From Amphiscolops sp. MND2022 (Eukaryota): a DNA stretch of 56,506 nt. The stretch lies in NCBI GenBank assembly GCA_964187785.1, contig CAXLNC010000268.1, forward strand, positions 1 through 56,506, given 5' to 3'. The notes under the pieces are model-generated. The model made no database searches. It was not told where the DNA came from and saw only the letters and a program-made list of their open reading frames with translations. Below are positions 26,401-37,807 of the stretch, in pieces. Both the position numbers and the translations under genes were made by a program. Position 1 is the stretch's first letter. Each line of letters starts with the position of its first letter.

Positions 26401-27891
26401 ATGGCTCACATTCCCGCTAATGGGATCAGTCTTTCTGAGATGTACGTAACGCCATTTCTGGTCTCTCCTAAAGTGTTCACGAGAGGAAAAATGACGCTTG
26501 ACTTCAGCTGCTCCTTTGCCGTATATATAAACATTGCGGCAGCAGATCTGACAATAGAAGCAGTGAGGGTTCTCGAGAGGGTTCATTGGTCCGGAGACAA
26601 ACACTCGGGCCCATTCAATCTTTCGAAAGTAGCTCTCATTGAAAATCGTGTCGGGCCTGCTCATTCTGGTTCTCTTGGGAGGAGGATCCCCGACTGCTAC
26701 CGTCCTAGTGGACTTGACACCACTTCTGGCATGACAGTATTCGGAAAAAGCTTCTTTCTGAAGAGAAGCTAGGGTAATCCTCTCTTGGCTGCTACCTGAT
26801 GCCTCAGGAGTTTGTGGTCCACTAGACCCCAGGTTGGAGTGAGACCTTTCAATAGAAGCAACTTCAAGGTCTGTATTGCTTAAAAAGCCTATATCGCTCT
26901 CTCCGGTCTGAATTGCTCCGCTGGTATAGCTTTCAGAGTCACTGGTAACAGGGCAGATGTTACTTTCAGCGGAAGAACCGGCTAACGACGGCAAAGGGGT
27001 TGCGGCTCGGAATCTACTGGAAGGTTGTGGTCTCTGGGACTGTGGCTGGGGAACAGAGCCACCCGGTAGCCGAGAAGCGCGTTGGAGCAGTCCGCTCATC
27101 ATTTCAAACGACGCGTGGGCAGTCTCGTCACAAGCGACCCGGATTAAATTATACACCTGCTCCTCGCTGAAAGCTACTGTAGTGTGATCCTTAGATAGTT
27201 CGACAGGTGGATTTTGATCAAAATACTTCTTTAGTAAGGAGCGACTTGGGCCACTAAGTCGTCTCAAGAATGGGAAAGGATCCAAGGAATTTAATACTGG
27301 ATCACCCCTCGAGTTCTCAACATCAGTCTGGCCGCCATCAGCAGTGTCCGTATCTAGGTCCCCCACTTGGCCCGCCAATTGATGAGGTCGGTACAACACT
27401 GAGAAACATGATTCCCCTTCAGCTGCCTCTTTAAGAAGTGTTGGTTAAGTAAAGAGCGGTTCAGAGTTGGGTACCTTTGTACAATCCCCTAAACTGAGGA
27501 CATCGGAGTCGCTGTCTCGCAATAGGTCGTTGGCCCGAAAGGCAGTAGTAGGAGGAGGCTTATCAGTGAAGGAAAAGAGAACTTCCTTGGTGGAATAATC
27601 TTTCTCTCCGCTGGCAACCTGGTCAACTGGTAGGGGTGTAGATGAAGTAGGACATGAAGCGGTGGCTGCGGTGGGAGCAGGGGAATTGCCCTCGGTCTGA
27701 GGATCACCTTCATAGTTAGGAGTTGAAGCCTGAGCAATTTGCGCTTGAACCACGTTATCACAGGCGTTTCGGTTTACATCCTCTTGCTCCTCTTGCGAAC
27801 TTCCACTCGAAGCGAACAAGGCAGAATGAGAGCTTGGGACTCCAGCATGGTCTTGCTGAGTTTTTTCTGTTGATTCTTTTCCGGCTGACAT
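23491..27891 (-). pseudogene. Multi-exon hAT-transposase-derived gene (N-terminal C2H2/BED-like finger; degenerate RNase H fold)
   Basis: ATG at 27891 after TTTCAG|C. Finger FYCQICCRNVYIYGKGAAEVKRHFSSREH. GTAAGT donor after 26095. FALEIEESGRFKFVYVRFW...VKVFL resembles the hAT FSxxxDES...VRY...FL block. Further exons at about 25398-25262, 25178-25098 and 24607-23491. In-frame TGA at 25934-25936; two junctions unresolved. Confidence 0.6.
24659..25078. mobile_element. 420-bp hAT-type MITE inside an intron of the hAT-derived gene
   Basis: Termini CAAGGTTG / CAACCTTG; perfect 8-bp TSD GTAAACAA (24651-24658, 25079-25086). Confidence 0.9.
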
Positions 27892-28747
27892 GCTGAAACG
27901 GAAAGGAAACATAAATTTCTCAATGTTCACGAAATGTTCATTGGCGAAGTGGTGAAAGAGGTTTTCAAACAATTACGACTCGAGTCACCCAGGGTATACC
28001 TTGATACAAGTTTAGGTGGTCATGAATACAACACTAGAAGAAAACAAAAAGGTCTGCTACCTTCTACATACAACAGACTGGTTCTAAAATAGCGTTTTAA
28101 AGTTTAACTAATGTACTCAGAAAAGCCTACAATTGGCTTCATATACTCAATTTAATTCCTCCGGAACTGAGGAACTTTACTGCGGAGCAAGTCACAAAAA
28201 TTGTAAGAAACATAAATGAAGTCTACGTAATCGATAACAAGGAACTATTCGAATTCTTTTTTCTAATTCCACAAAACCTGAAAATTTATTGCGGAATAAA
28301 AAAACGACGTTTGTTGTTCACAGACACAGAAAATTGGTTCTCTTGGGCAAAAGCTCGACGAGCTGGAAAGCTCTTCTTTTGTCCTTTTCTAAAAGATACT
28401 TCCTGAGAAAAAATCCATTTAGAGCCACATTTAGCCACGGAAGCAAAATTGAAACTTTTCCACGTGTTCAAAACGTGTATTTTTGATGGAGGAAGTATCT
28501 AGGAAGTAGATTGAAAGTCGAGATGTCGGACTTGGTAACCTCCTGTAAACAAATTTCACAAATTGGTTAACGAGTCCTTATGCTGTATTTTTAAGGAGGC
28601 ACTCAGCTCATGAGATACATAGTATCCCACTTGACGGGACCCACGACGAGAACGTGGCCTCCGTTGGGTCTCAAAATCTAAATTTTGGGCAAAATAGCTG
28701 TTAAATTATGGAAATCAGATATTGAAATAGGAATTAGATCTAAAACC

Positions 28748-29293
28748 TAGGTCGTTGCAATTTAAACATGTTTTTTTCGTTTTATACGTTTTTTTTTCGA
28801 AAAATGCATGTTTTTTGTTTTTTTCAAAGAAATGCAAAATAACTGCACACAGCCGGTAAAAGAGACAAAGCAAACTGCAAAATCCTTCCAGGAAAGCCCA
28901 TACGTAATCCCAGCTTCCACCATGAGGTTGTAGATGCCTCTTCAAAATTTTCAAAAACACTTGGCGCAAAGGGATCTTCTTTTGCTAAAACTTTCATGAC
29001 TTCAGGCATGATATCGGCCTTACAATGTCGAATCTTTTCAAGGCCCATTACGTTTTCAGATGAAGTAAGCGAAACTAGTAGAAAAAAAAACAAATTAAAC
29101 AACCTTGTTTTTTTCAATGCTGCTTAAGCAGCATTGAAAAAAAAACAATGTTGTTTATTTTGTTTTTCCCCACTACAGTTTCTTTTACCTTCTTTAAACA
29201 AGTGGTTTAAACAAGGGTTTAAAAACATGTTTTGATCAAAACATGTTTTATAACCCTTGTTTAAAACACTCGTTTAAAACAATGCCAACTTTG
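28748..29293 (-). mobile_element. Inverted relative of the 24659 MITE retaining a hAT dimerisation-domain-like fragment
   Basis: Both ends match the 24659 element in reverse. ORF 28824-29117 contains TSWWKLGLRMGFPGRILQFALSLLPAVCS (WW...P..L..A..L-like pattern). RHCKADIMPE sequence is shared with 24894-24923. Confidence 0.6.
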
Positions 29294-30676
29294 AAGTTTT
29301 TCACGTGCTTGAAACGTACGTGTTTTTTGGAGGAAGTCTTAGTGTAGAAAAACCCTGATCAAGTTTGTTCTGCACAACATAAAAACATCGAAACGGGAAA
29401 CTCACCTGATTCCGGAAGTGATGGCTGATGAAGTTGTTTCTCTTTTCAGGAAATTAAGATAAGACGTTTCTGAACAGACAAGATAAACAAAGAAAATCAG
29501 GCGAGCATTTGTGGATATCGTGAATGTGACACAGAATGGCCAGAAGGGACAATAAAAAGGCAACTAAAATGCTTTTTGAATGACAAATGACCGATGGAAT
29601 ACTGAAACTATAAAATAAAGTAACAATAAGGGGCAATATGAAACAACAATACAATAAATCAGCCAAAACTGAAACAATTGAAGTATTTAGAGGGAGAGAT
29701 TAAGTTGATTGAAGTGTTGATAGTGAATTTAGACAATTGAGCAAATCTTAAGGCAATTGAGTACGACTGTATAGCAGTGTAAAGGCAATGTATGAGGTGA
29801 TGGAGTGAATTGATTTCGACCAATCAAATTCGAGCATTCAAAATTACGATAACGTTTCTTTCAACGATTTGAATGTTCCCGGCAATGAGCGAATGGACAA
29901 ACGAATAAATGTAGACAAGGCGTGAACAAATTAGAATGGGTAATTGAAGTTCAATTAAATGTACACGCTTAGTCTGCCAGCTAATGCACTTCAATTTGTC
30001 CATCCAATGTTTATTTAGACACAATTGGACAAAGAAAAATACAGAAAGAAAATCGAATAATATAAAATGAACAAATATATTTCGACATAAAGATTAAATT
30101 TTAGTAGATTAGAACATGAAAAATTATAATTTTATCAAAGGCATACGATTGGCTTAGAGTAGTAGTGAGGTAACTTGAAAACAAAGTTTAATTATCCACT
30201 GAGGTGAAGATGAGTGGTAAAGAACTGAATTGGTTGGCGTACATCATGGAGAAACAGCTGTAACAATGGAAATTTTCTATTAAATCCGAAAAGGGAGGTT
30301 CTAAATACATCTAGGGATTCCAAAAATTGATATGTACACATGCAAGATTGTTCAATGGAAAAATGTTTTGTTTTCGATTTTTGTATTTTTTTGTAAAAAT
30401 TTTTTGATCAGTTATTGGCGTACGTCATAGAGTTTTCGATTTTTGTGTTTTTTCGTAATAAAAATTTTTGACCAGTTATTGGCGTACGTCATAGAGAAAC
30501 AACTGGAGCACTGGTAAATTTAAGTGGTAAACACCTTTAGGATTTGCACTTGAATAAGTTATCCCCAGAGATATGATACATTGGATATTTCACTAGAGCA
30601 AATGAAATGTCATTGGTTGTACGTATACCAGAATAATAATTATTACTCTGGTATATTTGAACTGTAGTATCTGGTA

Positions 30677-30730
30677 AATTTGAATTGTAGTATCCAATGT
30701 ATTAATACATTGGATACTACAATTCAAATT
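30677..30730. repeat. Perfect 54-bp palindrome
   Basis: AATTTGAATTGTAGTATCCAATGTATT|AATACATTGGATACTACAATTCAAATT. Confidence 0.9.
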
Positions 30731-31542
30731 AGGAATTCTAATATTCAAAAGTTGTGTAAGGAAGCCTATTTTCAACAAAATTCAAGTAAGAGTAATAGGA
30801 TTTATAATACAAAGTGTCAAAAAAACTTGTTTTGAGTTTTAGGAAAACTTATCATGCGGGGGGAAACTTTCTGAGGCATTTGTATGCGGATTATACACAC
30901 ATCTGTAATATACATATAAGGAATTCTGGAAACTATCAAAACTAAGGAAACTTGATGCAAATATAATGCATTAACAAGTGGAAAATGTATCAGTAATACT
31001 TATACTTCAATGCATATTGGCTCATAAGGAAAAACTCAGACACGTACATTTACGCGCACTCTGAAAGTTGTATCTTGTAATGTTGTGAAAATTTGCAATT
31101 GAGATATAAAATTTGTTCACACTATTTTTCCTTATGAAGTAACTCGTTTTTGACAGCTTCTTTTTTTGAGTCACAGATCAATTTTGTAGTTAAAATGTCG
31201 AAGTTCGGATTCAACAGACCAGTTGAACGATTTTTTTTTCATTTTGTGTTTTAAAACTTCACATTTGCAGCTAATGTTAGCACTATTTTCTTTATTGTTA
31301 CTAATTATGAAGTGAATTGAAGAACTTGTACATCCAATTCATTCCAACTGGCCCATGGTTTTTTTCAAAAAAGCAATACGCCCCGGAATTTTGACGCGAG
31401 AAGCATGCGATAAATGTGTAGGGTATCACGTTTTCTGTACCTTTCTGATACATTCCCCGTATGTCACTTGAGCGTAATTTGGTTTTAATAAGGGGCATCT
31501 CATCGAAGCTTCTTCTTTTTCAGATCTTGATTTGATTTCCAG

Positions 31543-34089
31543 ATGAAGAAAGCTGCGAGTCAACCTTCAACTCAAAGTCGGAGTTCCCGGTGAGCCGAAT
31601 GAAATTTTCGGAGACTGTTTAGATTGTGCATATATATGCTAATCGTTCAGGCAAAAAGAAAATCCGTTAAGTTTTTTGAATTGTTGGTCACACGCAAAAA
31701 ACCTTCGCTCAGTGACGAGACTTTGATTCTTCAACTTTTTTTATTCTAGCAGGAGATAAAACGGGATTTTTCTGGTACTCGATATCCGATAAATCATTTT
31801 ATACAAACATTTCAACAAATAGTATGTTTCAGACTGGCTGAGTTACGAAGACTGGAGAGCGAGAACTTCGCTCTTCCTAGTGATTATACATTCCTCTTCT
31901 ATTTCGAGCGCGAGAAGAAATTTATGTCCATTAATTGTCAATCTGGCTTCTGGAAAAAGGATTTCACCACTGCCAAAAAATTGCTCTGGAGAAAGGCACT
32001 TATGTTGCTTTCAACAGCATTGGTACTGGCCAATTTCTTTGCAAGGGACCAGTTTTTCTTCTGGAGGCTGTTGCAAAGCATGTTGACGACAAAGTAGATG
32101 CTGGCTTTGACCTCGAAACGCTAGATATTACCATTGCCATGGAGGAAGCAAAAGACCAGCTAGAAAATCGAGAAGAAGAAGAAGAAGAAGAAGAAGGGGA
32201 AGAAGCAGAAGAAGTTGAAAATGAAGATATCAACACAACTTTCCTCCAAGTTAATAACGCGCCCATTGAAAGGAATACTTCCCAGGAGATTTTCGACAAC
32301 GATAATCCCCCAGTTGAGCCACATTTGGAGACACCCACAGCCTCAACCTCCAAAACGTGCCCAACTTGTAACCAATATCTGGATCATAAAAAACAGGTCT
32401 TTGGTTTTTGTTTCATTTGATTGCCGAAAAAAAAACAAAACAGTAATTTTGTTTTTCTTAAATTACTAAGGTCTTACTGTATACATTCATTATTTTGCTC
32501 ATGTATATTTTTCAAAGAAGATGGATGCTGCTTTATTCGTGTATTTTTAAAACATTTTTATTTGATCCTGACATGAAAACAAGTTCTTCAACGATATTTA
32601 TAACTAAAAATTAGTCTAAAAACGTAAATTCAAAAAGCAATAAATCGTCTCATTTTGAAGGGCGACAATTCGTCCCAATTTGAAAAGGTGACAATTTGTC
32701 CCATTTGTATAAGGCAACAATTTGTCCCAATTTGTTCAGTTGATCGGCAAATTTGAAGATTGAAATTGAAGAATTGAACAAAAAAACTACAATTGATTGC
32801 ATTTAAACAAAAATTTACATTACATTCAGGACCTATTGATTGGTGTTACTTGTTGGTACCTGCCTCCAAATGGAATAGATCTGGTTACTTTATTGCAAAG
32901 GTATTGATTGGCAATTAAACTGGGAACGAAGTGACGTTTTTATTGTAGGGGACGATTTCAAGCTTATTGTGAGGTTAATCGTATCAACAGTTCAATTTTG
33001 CTCAGATAATATCCGTTGATGTTATTTAAAATTACAATCGTTGTTTTACATTTGAGGCTTTATTTTTTCCTCAACCTAAGTGATTATGTTTAGAGAGAGG
33101 CGTGGGACAGGTTTACTCACTTGCTAACACGGCTAGAAAGTCGTTTGGATAGGGCGGCGGACATTAAGGAGGAGTCTCTAAAGTTTGCCCGAAAAGCTTT
33201 GAAAGAATTCAACTCTCTTTCAGCCATGTCAAGTCAAAGTTCGTTGAACGACGCTACTGGAAGCCAAACCTCTAATCCTTCAGGCAGGGGTGTTCAATAT
33301 TTTTTTTTCAAATTTTATTATTGCCTAAAACCTAATATATTTTCAGGGAGGACAAAATAAAAACTTTATTATTTTTATTGCTAAAATAATCATTTGTATA
33401 CTCAGCGAAAAACGGATATCAACAAAAACTTAAACCGGCCATCCATAATCAACCAAAACGCGTTGACAGGGCTTTTTTCTTGGACCCTAGGTATTTGACA
33501 AAGGTATTTCCAGAAACTAGCTCAAATTTTCAGTATTTTTGAATTTCATTGGCTGACGAAATGTTGAATCGAACGATCTTATTTTTAGTTATCTCAAGAA
33601 AAATTACTTTTATACTGAAAGGTCCAAAAACAATTTTGATTCATTAGAGCTCTAATTATTAAGTTCTAATATTACGCTAGCGTAAAAATAATTTTTTATT
33701 TTTTTTATTTATTATAATTATTTCTACCCAAAATTGTTTTTTGAACACGCCTGCCTTCAGGAGAAGAAGTGATGTTCAATGGTTTAAATCTTACCAATTT
33801 GAGGGGCGATACTCCTGCTCAGAAGACCAAAAACATTGCTTTGGCCTTGTTCACGACTGACGAGCTGGGAAAAGTGGTTATTGACCCCAGAAAATCGCTG
33901 AATAATTGTTCTCAGCGAGTGCCAGCCGACGAATATCGGACGGAATTGTACAGGAAAGCTGTACGCGTAGCTTTAGGTCAGCATTTTACGACCGACCTGT
34001 ACAGAAATACACTACGTCTTGTGAACCAGATGGGAGTGGACAAAAGTGCCAAGCCGAAACAAAACAAACTCGAAACGAATTATTCTTGA
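31543..34089 (+). CDS. Gene A: about 376-aa protein with poly-Glu tract, coiled-coil-like segment and C-terminal BEN domain (one homopolymer frameshift)
   Basis: Exons 31543-31589, 31833-32396, 33094-33283, 33761-34089 with consistent phases. A 1-bp shortfall in the A6 run at 31975-31980. BEN-like pattern KNIALALFTTDELGKVVIDP...PADEYRTELYRKAV...LVNQMG. Confidence 0.65.
33285..33753. mobile_element. 469-bp hAT-type MITE in a gene A exon, precisely spliceable (GC-AG)
   Basis: TIR CAGGGGTGTTCAA / TTGAACACGCCTG; perfect 8-bp TSD CCTTCAGG (33277-33284, 33754-33761). Confidence 0.92.
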
Positions 34090-34387
34090 AACTTTTGTCA
34101 ATATTTCCGAAAACTTTGTCCGTATTTATTCTTGACATATGAACTTTGCATTAAACTTCCTGTTGTTGACAACATTTGAAACACTTTTGGGCATTTTCTA
34201 CTCGAGCGGATCGTTGAAAAGTTATATGTTCAATGTTCGATTCAATGAGTGTACTTATTATTATTAGTACAAAAGATGTCTAATACGAGTTTCCTACGAA
34301 AGTAGTTGTGTTTTGCGCAGAGAATTTGCATTTTCCCACTCGAATGACTTTTGCAACAATTGATTTAAAGATGAAACTTTTTCAGAT

Positions 34388-35200
34388 ATGTTTGCGGATG
34401 CTGAAACGGTTAACAACCTGATGACCAGAATTGAAAAACTGGAGGAGACCTTGGTTCAATGCGATACCATTGAGATAGAATATAGGAACACCATGCTCAA
34501 AATCTACCAGCATTTCAGGTTGCAGGTTAGCAACAATCTTCAAAATCAATCTTGTCTTTGGAAAAAGAATTTCTGAACTTTTGATTCAAAAAACGCAACT
34601 AGAGAAATTTCAATTGCTCTAGAGTTAGTCTCAAACTATTGAAAGAGTTTAAACTAGAACAATTGTTACTAGAATGAAGATCGCGCGAAAGCATCACAGC
34701 TGAAAGACGTTACCGAAGAACTGTGGTACAATTCAAACAATTTGTTGGAGTATCAAGGTGACAGAACGGACTATCGGAAAGTCGGGAGAGTTCTCGTCAA
34801 AAAAATTTACTCAAAAGAAGAAAGACAGCAGTACAGCTTTTCTCCGAGGAAGCGAGCACCAATGGAAAGATTCCAGCAAGAACCCGCAACTGCTGAAAGT
34901 CTTGAAGCATTCAAAGGTGAGCTACAACTTTTCCCGTTGTGTTTAATTTCTGTCTCCGACTTAACAGTATATACTGTATAGTATATACTTTAGAGTTAGT
35001 AAAAACTCATGTTCCAATATTTTCTATTTTCTCTAGGGTTGATTTTATCATTGCTCTAACTTCGAAGTTAGACCGATGATAAAATCACCCGTGCAGAAGA
35101 TAGAAAATTTTGGAAATTGAACTTTGTGTCTCTAATATCCCGAGAAAAAAAGGAATTTGAATGAAGATGGGAAAACGAAAAAGAGCCGATGTTTAAAGCG
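34388..35200 (+). CDS. Gene B: coiled-coil + BEN-like domain protein (last exon unresolved)
   Basis: TTCAG|AT ATG at 34388. Exons 34388-34525 and 34673-34916 are in phase. RKVGRVLVKKIYSKEERQQYSFS...EPATAESLEAFK fits the BEN pattern. The next exon, from 35037, stops early. Confidence 0.5.
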
Positions 35201-36065
35201 TTTTGGTCAATTGGCCTTTTTAGTTTGTGTGCTCGGGTGATAACCACTTTCGCAGTTATCGGTATGAATAAATCTCGGTTGGACCGCCGCATGAAAGATG
35301 ATCGACAACAGCTGCCCCTCTATTTCTAGCCTGACAGGCAGACTACTGTTGTGATTACTTTTTGTGAGAGATCAGGTACGGTCCAGCCGAGCGGAGAAAA
35401 TACTCTCCTTCCATGAAATGATCAATTGGAGTTTGTTCTATATCTATTTTTTGTTCGAAAAATATTGGTTCAGCGCAGAATGTCAAATGTGGTATTGGTT
35501 TGCGTGCAATACATGTATTTAAAACAAATGAGAAAACTTTTACATATATTTATTTTTTTTTATAGAAAAGCAACCATTTCCCCCCGAAACCTTCGTTTTC
35601 CAATCCACACTGCATGGAAATCAAACGCTAGGTGTAACGCGGATTATATTATCAGTAATTCATTGTATGCTGTTCTGCGCTATTGAACAAGCCTTCCTAA
35701 TTGATGCTACGTACCGGTAGCAAGCAAACAGTACCAGTAGCTAGCATACTTGTTAATTAAGTTTGTTTACAAGTACATACAAGTACAGTAGCGTTGTAAA
35801 CTATAGCAACTCCAATGCTCAAAATTGCAAAGTTCAAGTCCAAGTTTTTTAAAGACTGACACAAACACGAAAAATTGTCAGCTACAAAAAGTTCTTACAA
35901 TTTCATCTAGTTTACAAAAAAGTTTGTTTGAAAATTTTGTGACAAAAATTACAAAAATTAGAAATTGTAAATTAATCAGTCAAAATTTTGACAGTTCAAT
36001 CAAACTTGTACATTTTTTGGAGTTTCACAAAGTTGAAAGAATAATTTTGAAAAATTTTTAGTCTA

Positions 36066-37807
36066 TCATTTTTTTTCGTTTTTAGTTTTTATTTCATCCG
36101 CATTTGGAATGTTTTCATTTCTGTGACGCTTTTTGGACAAATCCGGGACCCGTTGATTTTCAATTGTTTTTACTTTAACTTTCATCGGCATTTGGAATGT
36201 TTTCATTCCTATGACGCTTATTGGACAAATCCGGGACCCGTTGATTTTCAATCGTTTTCACTTTTATTTTCATCCTGATTTGGAATGTTTTCATTCCTGT
36301 GACGCTTTTTGGACATATAAAAATAAAGGTAAAAACGAATCGAAATCAACGTGTCTCGGATTTGTCCGAAAACCCTGGTCGAGAAAAATGCGTTCCTTGC
36401 AAGGATCTTGCAAGCTCCTTGTAAAAATGCAATTACTTGTAAGATCTTGCAAGGAAATTTGTTCCTTGCAAGATCTTGCAAGGAAATGTTTTCCTTGAAA
36501 GATCTTGCAAGGAAATGTTTTCTTGAAAGATCTTGCAAGGAAATGCTTTCCTTGCAAGATTCTTGAGTTCAATGTACTTCATACTGAGAAATTATGTTAA
36601 CGTAGTTGTGATTTGAGAATAATGTCAAAAACGTTAATAACTATTATTTCAGAAGGGTAATTTAACAAATTGAAAAATAATTTCAATCGAAATATTATGC
36701 ACAGTCTAATTTCAAATCAATAACTGGTAAATAACACAAACTGTATTTTAAATGTTGCGTCACTGAAATGTACTACTATTTTTCAAATAACTTCACTATC
36801 ACACTTTTAGAGATAGTTTCTACAGTTTGCATCTTTTTGGTGGTTGAATCCTCTAGTTAGTAAACCCCGTTCTGTGACAGAATCTAATAGTCACGATGCA
36901 GTAGTCAACTTGAAGTCAAAAACAATGAATATAAAAAATAAAAAAAATTGTCGGGAACCTTCCACGAAGTTTTTCTCCTTGGAAGAATATTGCGAGGAAT
37001 TTTTTTTCTTGCAAGATTCTTGCAAGATGTCTTGCAGAAAAATGCATTATCTTGTAAGACCTTGAAAGAAAATCTTGCAAGATCCTTGCAAGGAACGCAT
37101 TTTTTTCTACCAGGGAAGCGTCACAGGATTAAAAACATTCCAAATGCGGATAAAAATAAAAGTAAAAACGAATGAAAATCAACATGCCTCGGATTTGTTC
37201 AAAAAGCGTCAAAGGAATGAAATTATTCCAAATGCGGATGAAAAGGAAATTAGAAACGAATAAAGTCAACGTGTCTCGGATTTGTCCGAAAAGCGTCACA
37301 GAAATAAAAACATTCCAAATGCGGATAAAAATAAAGGTAAAAACGAATGGGAATCAACGTGTCTCGGATTTGTCCAAAAAGCATCAATGAAATGAAACCA
37401 ATCGAAATGCGTATGAAAATGAAAGTAAGAACTAATGAAAATCAAAGTGTCTCGGATTTGTCCAAAAAGCGTCAAAGGAATGAGAACAATCCAAATGCGG
37501 ATGCAAATAAAAGTAAAAACGAAAAAAAAAATCAACGTGTCTCGGATTTGTACGAAAAGCGTGACAGGAATGAAATTATTCCAAATGCGGATGAAATTAA
37601 AATTCGTTTCTTTGGAAGGAGGGTTTTTTCTCCGCTCGGCTGGACCGTACCTGAATTCTCACAAAAAGTGATCACATCAGCAGTCTGCCTGCCAGGCTAG
37701 AAATAGAGGAGCAGCTGTTGTAGATCACCCTTCATGCAGCGGTCCAACCGAGACTAATTTATATTGGTAACTGCGAAAGCTGTTACCATGCTAGAACACT
37801 GTATGAT
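36066..37807. repeat. Back-to-back 87-bp satellite arrays (minus then plus orientation) with conserved tail, split by a CACTA-type MITE
   Basis: Minus-oriented units 36066-36313; orientation switches at about 36315; plus units to about 37600; tail to 37807. Confidence 0.85.
36373..37115. mobile_element. 743-bp CACTA-type MITE
   Basis: TIRs CCCTGGTCGAGAAAAATGCGTTCCTTGCAAGGATCTTGCAAG / reverse complement ending CTACCAGGG. AA TSD: the host unit CCGAAAAGCGTC is restored on removal. Subterminal CTTGCAAG repeats. Confidence 0.9.
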
